DNA of 64,000 bases from Waterburya sp. (GTDB lineage Bacteria > Cyanobacteriota > Cyanobacteriia > Cyanobacteriales > Xenococcaceae), in the NCBI GenBank assembly GCA_965217895.1, contig CBDCJV010000002.1, forward strand, positions 2,176,001 to 2,240,000, read 5' to 3'. How positions within the stretch are numbered: the stretch's first letter is position 1; every line of letters starts with the position of its first letter. Both the position numbers and the translations under genes were made by a program. Shown here in pieces: positions 57,886 through 64,000 of the stretch. The notes below the pieces were generated by a model. It made no database searches. It saw only the letters and a program-made list of their open reading frames with translations, and was not told where the DNA came from.

Positions 57886-59382
57886 GGTATTGATGCGATT
57901 AAAGTAGGAGTAGAGGTTGATGTTTCTGGAGGACTGCCCAAAATTATCGTTGTCGGACTACCCGACATTGCAGTTCAGGAATCGCGCGAAAGAGTTAAAG
58001 CTGCTCTAAAGAATGCTGATTTTGCTTTTCCTGTGCGTAAGATTGTAATTAATCTTACTCCCGCAGATCTACGTAAAGAAGGACCTTGTTTCGATTTACC
58101 GATTAGTGTGGGCATTTTAGCAGCATCAGAACAGGTAGATCCGCAATTATTGGGAGATCATTTATTTTATGGCGAAGTTTCTCTTGACGGCACTTTAAGA
58201 GCAGTTTCAGGAGTCTTACCCGTTGCAGCAGCAGCCTCTAAAATGGGAATTGCAGGATTGATTGTGCCTCTAGGTAATGCCCAGGAAGCAGCAGTAGTTG
58301 AGGATATCTCTGTATACGGATTTGAAAATTTAGGTCAGGTAGCCAGCTTTCTTAATCAGCCAGACAAGTATAAGCCTGTAGTGCCAGCCGAACAATCACC
58401 TGACCAACAATCTTGGTCACACATACCCAATTTAAAAGATGTTAAGGGACAGGTTCAGGCTCGACGAGCTTTGGAGATTGCAGCAGCAGGGGGACATAAC
58501 CTGATTTTTGTTGGTCCTCCTGGGAGTGGCAAAACCATGTTGGCAAAGCGTCTGCCTGGAATTTTACCCAGTCTTTCTTTTCCTGAAGCTTTGGAAGTTT
58601 CGCAAATTTATTCTGTGGCGGGTTTACTTAAAGATCGAGGTCGATTAATTACGGTCAGACCATTTCGTAGTCCCCACCATTCGGCATCAGGACCATCTTT
58701 AGTAGGTGGCGGTAGCTATCCTCGTCCTGGAGAAATATCTTTGGCACACAAAGGCATACTTTTTTTGGATGAACTGACAGAATTCAAACGCAACGTTTTA
58801 GAATATTTGCGTCAACCCCTTGAAGATGGTCAGGTAACAATTTCGCGTACTCGTCAATCGGTGGTGTTTCCCGCTCAGTTTACATTAATTGCCAGCACCA
58901 ATCCTTGTCCCTGTGGTTACTTTGGCGATTCGATCCAAAATTGTACCTGTTCTCCTCGTCACAGAGAGAACTATTGGGCTAAATTATCAGGACCTCTGAT
59001 GGATCGGATTGATTTACAGGTGGCGGTAAATCGTCTCAAGCCAGAAGAAATGACCAGACAAAGTACGGGCGAAGATTCTGAAGCAGTAAGAATCAGGGTT
59101 ATTGCTGCTCGTAAACTGGCAGAAAAGCGTTTTCAGGGTGAACCAGGAATTAGCTGTAATGCGGAAATGCGATCGCACCATCTGCGAGATTTTTGCGTTT
59201 TAGATGATGCCAGCCGTAACTTATTAGAGGCAGCAATTCGCAAGCTGGGTTTATCTGCTAGAGCAATGGATCGGGTTTTAAAAGTATCTCGGACTATTGC
59301 TGACTTGGCAGGCGATCGCAATTTGCAGAGTAATCATTTAGCAGAAGCAATTCAATATCGCACTATCGATAGGATGCAGTAA
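57853..59382 (+). CDS. comM: ComM/YifB Mg-chelatase-like AAA+ ATPase
   Basis: VGLPD.AVQESRERV, GPPGSGKT, RSPHHS, PGEISLAH, FLDE, NPCPCG, LSARA. Confidence 0.95.
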   Translation: MLARVWSAAIAGIDAIKVGVEVDVSGGLPKIIVVGLPDIAVQESRERVKAALKNADFAFPVRKIVINLTPADLRKEGPCFDLPISVGILAASEQVDPQLLGDHLFYGEVSLDGTLRAVSGVLPVAAAASKMGIAGLIVPLGNAQEAAVVEDISVYGFENLGQVASFLNQPDKYKPVVPAEQSPDQQSWSHIPNLKDVKGQVQARRALEIAAAGGHNLIFVGPPGSGKTMLAKRLPGILPSLSFPEALEVSQIYSVAGLLKDRGRLITVRPFRSPHHSASGPSLVGGGSYPRPGEISLAHKGILFLDELTEFKRNVLEYLRQPLEDGQVTISRTRQSVVFPAQFTLIASTNPCPCGYFGDSIQNCTCSPRHRENYWAKLSGPLMDRIDLQVAVNRLKPEEMTRQSTGEDSEAVRIRVIAARKLAEKRFQGEPGISCNAEMRSHHLRDFCVLDDASRNLLEAAIRKLGLSARAMDRVLKVSRTIADLAGDRNLQSNHLAEAIQYRTIDRMQ

Positions 59383-59452
59383 TTTTTGACTAAATAAGAT
59401 GAACCACTCCAGGACTTCTGACAATCCTCTTCTAAAAACTAGAGCCTCAAGC

Positions 59453-61237
59453 CTATGAATTTGCATTCATAATCAAATTAACCATCAGACTAATAACTGA
59501 AGCGTTAAAGTCGATCGCATTTTCATTAGTAGTATAGGAAAGTTGGTCATCAATATAGCTAAGTTGACCTTTATTGATATACACCATGCCATCTTGGGCT
59601 TTGGCGTTAGGGCCTCCTACTACCAAACCAGTCAGTGAAATATTCTTGGCTCTAGTGTACAGGTTACTAAGGTGCTTCACAGGATTAGTGCCGATACCTG
59701 TAATAAAGGTTTGATCGAAGTGATTGCGTCCTAAAATATAGTCTAGTTGAGCGATCGCACCATTGAAATAAGCCTGATTTTTGGTCAACTGATAAGCATA
59801 AACCAAGGTAACACCATCTTCGGCGGTCATCTTATTAGAACCCCAAATAAAGCGATCATTGGCGATCGCATAGGCACTTTGATTGACATTTGCTAAAATC
59901 AAATCTGCTCGTTGAAGAATTTTAGTTTTAATCTTGGCAACGAGTTCATCTGAAGTTGACTGACGTTGTTGTCGGAGGTAGTCAACCAATGCCAAAGGGG
60001 CAGGATTTTTCCACTCAAATAAAGTGTAATTTACCCGATCTAAATAAGTAGAAAAATACTCAGCAAAGTCTTGTTTTCCTGTAGTGATATACAGTTCCGC
60101 TGCTGCCCAAAGGCGATCGTCTGTATCAGTTTTTAAGCTTTCTTCCTGATTTAAATCTGAAAACAAATATCGATCGGATCCGCTATCGTCTCCTTTTACC
60201 CAGTCCACTTTCATTTCTTGCGTTTGCAAATATTGCCAAGCCGACTCAGCAGCAGCTAAATACTTGGCAGCCATTTCAGGGTTTACAGACTGATAGTTCC
60301 TACTGGCGATCGCCATTACTGCTGCAAACTTGGCTGTTTCAGGGGTAGAAATACCATAAAGATAACGAGGCTGTTTGTCTTGATCGGGAGCTAAATTCAT
60401 CGGCCATTTTTTTCCTGACAACTTGCGATATACAGCCCCGTCCTCCCGCTGCATTTTCAAAAGCCAATCCAAACCAAATGCCATCTCATCGAGCAAGTCC
60501 GATACTCCATTGCCACTTTCGGGAATACTTAACTGACTATCAGGGAATAAAGCTGGATACTGGGCGTAAAGATTGAGCAAATTAGCAATTGTTACCGTAG
60601 TGGTAGCCACATACTTGTTATAAGCTCCCGTGTCATGCCAACCTCCCAAAGCTTGAACGTATGCTCCTGCCGCATGATACTGATCTTGATGAGCTATTAA
60701 CCCATCTTTAACATGACAAGGAGCATGAGATATGCCCGTAATCGGATCGTTTATAGCCACACCACATCTTTGCAGATAATAAGAGCGTAATAGAGTAATC
60801 AAAGGTTGCTGGTAAATATCTGTACCAATTGAAAAGGGCGCAGATTCAAATTTTCCTAGCTTGAGAAAATAAGCACCAGGTTTATTGACGCTACTAAAAT
60901 CGATTGAATAAACTTTGTCCTGAACAACAGGATCTATTTTTCCTCGATCTAAGGGTAATTTAGCGATCGCTTCGCCAGTATTGGAGTCAACTAACTCGGC
61001 AGAATCATTTGCGTCGATCTCCTTAAAATTAAATGCCGTACTTTGGCGAAAAAATGCCACTTTATGCCACTGAGGCAAATATCCTAGCTGATTAACGATA
61101 ATCTCTGGCTTTCGCTCGACAATTCCCGCTTTAGATAAAGTTTTAATATCACTATCTAGACTAGACAGAGCGACAATTAAGGCAGTAAATAAAACTGCAA
61201 TTATGGCAGCTTGTTGTCTAAATTTCATACTTTTCAT
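59453..61237 (-). CDS. GH9 endoglucanase-like protein with N-terminal Ig-like domain
   Basis: VNQLGY, YYLQRCG, GGWHDTGAYNKY, YILGRN, GLVVGGPN, NENAIDFNA. Confidence 0.88.
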   Translation of the reverse strand: MKSMKFRQQAAIIAVLFTALIVALSSLDSDIKTLSKAGIVERKPEIIVNQLGYLPQWHKVAFFRQSTAFNFKEIDANDSAELVDSNTGEAIAKLPLDRGKIDPVVQDKVYSIDFSSVNKPGAYFLKLGKFESAPFSIGTDIYQQPLITLLRSYYLQRCGVAINDPITGISHAPCHVKDGLIAHQDQYHAAGAYVQALGGWHDTGAYNKYVATTTVTIANLLNLYAQYPALFPDSQLSIPESGNGVSDLLDEMAFGLDWLLKMQREDGAVYRKLSGKKWPMNLAPDQDKQPRYLYGISTPETAKFAAVMAIASRNYQSVNPEMAAKYLAAAESAWQYLQTQEMKVDWVKGDDSGSDRYLFSDLNQEESLKTDTDDRLWAAAELYITTGKQDFAEYFSTYLDRVNYTLFEWKNPAPLALVDYLRQQRQSTSDELVAKIKTKILQRADLILANVNQSAYAIANDRFIWGSNKMTAEDGVTLVYAYQLTKNQAYFNGAIAQLDYILGRNHFDQTFITGIGTNPVKHLSNLYTRAKNISLTGLVVGGPNAKAQDGMVYINKGQLSYIDDQLSYTTNENAIDFNASVISLMVNLIMNANS

Positions 61238-61656
61238 TTTTTATTTTTTACTTCATTTTCTAGCCAATTAAGAATTGCTACAGGTAGGTCAACTCTGCTT
61301 CTAATTTGAGGATTAATACAGACATGACTAGTTTTAGCCTTGACTAAAACCTGTGCTAAATTATCAGCCGTAAATATTTGATAAGCGATCGCAAATTCAG
61401 TTAGATTTATTTGCTTAGCAGTAAGCTCGATCTCCAGGCGATCGCCACAAAACAAGGGACGAAAAAAATCTATCTCTGCATGAGTAATTGGTAAGGCAAT
61501 TTCTTGGCCTCGCAACATTTGCTGTAAGCTGATTCCTGCTGCTGTTAAAGACTCTTCATAGGCTTCGTGACAGATTTCTAACCCTCTGGCAAAATAAACT
61601 ACTCCTGCTGCATCAGTATCCGCTAGATAAACTCTGCGTGAATAATTAAATACCAT
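61234..61656 (-). CDS. 4HBT-family thioesterase (DHNA-CoA hydrolase-like)
   Basis: DTDAAGVVYFA, CHEAYE, PITHAEIDFFRP. Confidence 0.85.
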   Translation of the reverse strand: MVFNYSRRVYLADTDAAGVVYFARGLEICHEAYEESLTAAGISLQQMLRGQEIALPITHAEIDFFRPLFCGDRLEIELTAKQINLTEFAIAYQIFTADNLAQVLVKAKTSHVCINPQIRSRVDLPVAILNWLENEVKNKK

Positions 61657-61799
61657 TACGGGCTAACTTTTTCTTATTGATTACTGTATAACAACAACTA
61701 TTGACCAATTTGCGATCAAGATTGTTTCCTCTGCATTCAGTAATGGGCAATCTAAAAGAAACACGTTACTAAAAAAGCTTTTTCTTTAATATTTTCTTT

Positions 61800-63569
61800 A
61801 TGAATAACCAAAGTCAGTTTAATTCAATCGAACGGATTAGTCTGGGCATCAATAACACTGAAGCCAATAACGATAGTAGCAAAGGCATGATTAGCGATGA
61901 TGGTCGATATGTTACTTTCGTATCCAAGGCAAATAATCTTGTTCTAGGGGATACTAATCGTTATCCCGATATATTTGTTTACGATCGCACCGATAAAACA
62001 ACCGAACGTATTAGCGTTAATTCTAATGGTGTCCAGGCAAATAGTTTTAGTCAAGACCCCGTAATTAGTAGTAATGGTCGATATACAGCCTTTACTTCTG
62101 ATGCCAGTAATTTAGTCCCAAACGATCTTAATAAAAATACAGATATATTTGTTGACGATCGCCAACAAAAAACAACCGAGCGTATTAGCGTTGACTCTAA
62201 TGGTATAGAAGCTGACTCCTACAGCTTTGCAGCTTCAATTAGCGATGATGGTAGGTATGTTGTCTTTGAATCTGATGCAGAGAAGTTAATACCCGAGGAC
62301 AACAATCATAGCAGAGATGTATTTATTCATGACCGTAATAATAAAACGACGGAATTAGTTAGCCAAACGATCGATAAGACTGTTGCTAATAATCGTAGTC
62401 AAGATGCCTCAATTAGCCAAGATAGCAGATATATTGCTTTTGAATCTGATGCCGATAATTTGATACCCAATGATATTAATGATGACACGGATATATTTGT
62501 CTACGATCGCCAGAAAAATATAACTGAAATAATTAGTGTTGCTTCAGACAAAACAATAGGAAATGCCTATAGTTTTAATCCTTCTATTAGTGATGACGGT
62601 AGATATGTTGTCTTTGAATCAAGAGCTAGTAATTTAGTACCCAACGATACCAACCGCAAACTAGATATATTTATTCGCGATCGCGCTCTCCAGACAACCA
62701 AACGTATTATTGTTAATAATATTCAAGGAAATGATGATAGTTTTAATCCTTCTATTAGTGATGACGGTCGGTATGTTGTCTTTGAATCAAAAGCTAGTAA
62801 TTTAGTACCCAACGATACCAATAATCTAAAAGATCAGTTTCTCTTCGATTTACTTCAAGGAACAATTGAACGGGTTAATGTTGCTGCCGATGGAATACAA
62901 GCTAACAACAAAAGCGATACTTCTTCTATTAATGCTGATGGTCAATACATAACTTTTGGCTCTGGTGCTGATAACTTAGTAGCTGGGGACACTAACAATG
63001 CGGTAGATATTTTTGTTAGGAAAAATGACCAGACAGAAGATAACTTATTAAATAATTTAGACCTAAGCCACTTCCATACCGAGCGAGTACAACGTTTTTA
63101 TGAATTTAATCGGGGAAATCATTTTTATACTAGTGATGCTCGTGAAGCTGAGACAATTAGAACTAAAAGTAAAGCAGGAGAATTGTCCTACCAAGATGAA
63201 GGTGTTAAATTTAATGTTTTAGCTGATAATTTAGATGCTCTTACGGGAGAAACTTTAACAGGAGTTAGACCTATTTATCGCTTTTTTAATACAGGTACAG
63301 GTTCTCATCTTTACACCATGGATGAAAATGAAAAAAGTTTTATCCAAGAAAATTTAGACAACTACAATTTTGAAGGCGTTAAATATTATGCCTTTGAATC
63401 TGAACCTGAAAATATAGCTACAATTCCTGTATATAGACTGCTCAACAATACATCAGGGTCACATTTATTTACTGTCGATCGAAATGAAGTAAATTATATT
63501 CAAGAAAATCTACCCTATTTTTCTTTGGAAAACAATGGTGATGCAGCTTTTCATGTTTTTGAACTGTAA
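61800..63569 (+). CDS. TolB-like beta-propeller (PD40 repeat) protein with C-terminal DUF5648-like domain
   Basis: Seven IS.DGRYV.F.S.A.NLV..DTN...DIF repeats; C-terminal YRF.N..TGSHL.T repeats. Confidence 0.85.
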   Translation: MNNQSQFNSIERISLGINNTEANNDSSKGMISDDGRYVTFVSKANNLVLGDTNRYPDIFVYDRTDKTTERISVNSNGVQANSFSQDPVISSNGRYTAFTSDASNLVPNDLNKNTDIFVDDRQQKTTERISVDSNGIEADSYSFAASISDDGRYVVFESDAEKLIPEDNNHSRDVFIHDRNNKTTELVSQTIDKTVANNRSQDASISQDSRYIAFESDADNLIPNDINDDTDIFVYDRQKNITEIISVASDKTIGNAYSFNPSISDDGRYVVFESRASNLVPNDTNRKLDIFIRDRALQTTKRIIVNNIQGNDDSFNPSISDDGRYVVFESKASNLVPNDTNNLKDQFLFDLLQGTIERVNVAADGIQANNKSDTSSINADGQYITFGSGADNLVAGDTNNAVDIFVRKNDQTEDNLLNNLDLSHFHTERVQRFYEFNRGNHFYTSDAREAETIRTKSKAGELSYQDEGVKFNVLADNLDALTGETLTGVRPIYRFFNTGTGSHLYTMDENEKSFIQENLDNYNFEGVKYYAFESEPENIATIPVYRLLNNTSGSHLFTVDRNEVNYIQENLPYFSLENNGDAAFHVFEL

Positions 63570-63615
63570 AAAAAAGAGCGATCGCTGGTTGAGTTTTCAG
63601 GCGATCGCTTTTTTT
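63568..63615. terminator. Bidirectional terminator whose stem is two HIP1 sites
   Basis: A-run, GCGATCGC, loop, GCGATCGC, T-run, between convergent genes. Confidence 0.75.
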
Positions 63616-63634
63616 ATTCTAAAATTATTTGAAA

Positions 63635-64000
63635 TTAATCGATATATTGACCTCTGTACTTTTGAGGAGGCTTATTTTGTTGAGACATTTCTTGTACTGC
63701 TGCCCAATCTACAACTTCCTCTTCGTACTCTTGACCACGATACTTCTTAGTCACTTTTTTAGTTGGCAGTGGCTGATTGACGGACTGTATTTGTCTATTA
63801 GCTTCTTGGTGTTTATTTTCTGGAGACTCCAAAGATTGAGTATTTTTTGATTTTTCTTCAATCCAAATTGTTAAGATATCCTGACTTTTTACGACTAAAG
63901 TATTGATATTAAAGCCATTATATTTATTGCAAATGTCTAATACTTCTTTGATTTGATGATGATCGAAGGCATCGCTTTTTCTAAAAAGTAGATTGTTTAA
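63635..64000 (-). CDS. Hypothetical protein, 3' part, with two KYRGQ motifs
   Basis: Frame is open from the window edge (LNNLLFRKSDAF...LTIWIEEK) through KYRGQ...KYRGQYID*. Confidence 0.7.
   Translation of the reverse strand, partial: LNNLLFRKSDAFDHHQIKEVLDICNKYNGFNINTLVVKSQDILTIWIEEKSKNTQSLESPENKHQEANRQIQSVNQPLPTKKVTKKYRGQEYEEEVVDWAAVQEMSQQNKPPQKYRGQYID

Larger units (their letters stand above)
1..64000. repeat. HIP1 octamer (GCGATCGC) dispersed through the window
   Basis: Dozens of copies in both coding and intergenic DNA, first at position 37; a cyanobacterial hallmark. Confidence 0.95.

Noticed and set aside
63535..63850. + strand ORFs 63535-63750 and 63629-63850
   Set aside because: They cross a terminator and/or are antisense to the open minus-strand CDS.

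Overview
AT-rich cyanobacterial chromosomal segment. Evidence: the HIP1 octamer GCGATCGC occurs throughout, and rubA-ycf48-psbEFLJ, psaE and a flavodiiron gene are present. Most of the window is housekeeping (dnaX, pfkA, aroE, nagB, mnmE, queC, msrB, yebC, comM), with accessory loci in between. Highlights: (1) dnaX carries a 380-aa intein with a LAGLIDADG homing endonuclease overprinted in the -1 frame. The endonuclease's N-terminal part is cut by two stops, but an A_AAA_AAG slippery site plus a 3' hairpin lies just after those stops and leads into the endonuclease frame. (2) A hicAB module lies between two 120-bp direct repeats of the comM 5' region that end exactly at a HIP1 site. (3) A DUF4388 / MglA-like GTPase / roadblock / V4R signalling cluster. 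(4) A PelF-like GT4 / membrane protein / Sph3 (GH135) exopolysaccharide cluster. (5) Several apparent pseudo-enzymes (kinase, GGDEF-EAL, GH9, AAA). (6) Several MITE/REP-like repeats. No rRNA, tRNA or CRISPR array was seen. All calls are from reading motifs by eye; no searches were run.
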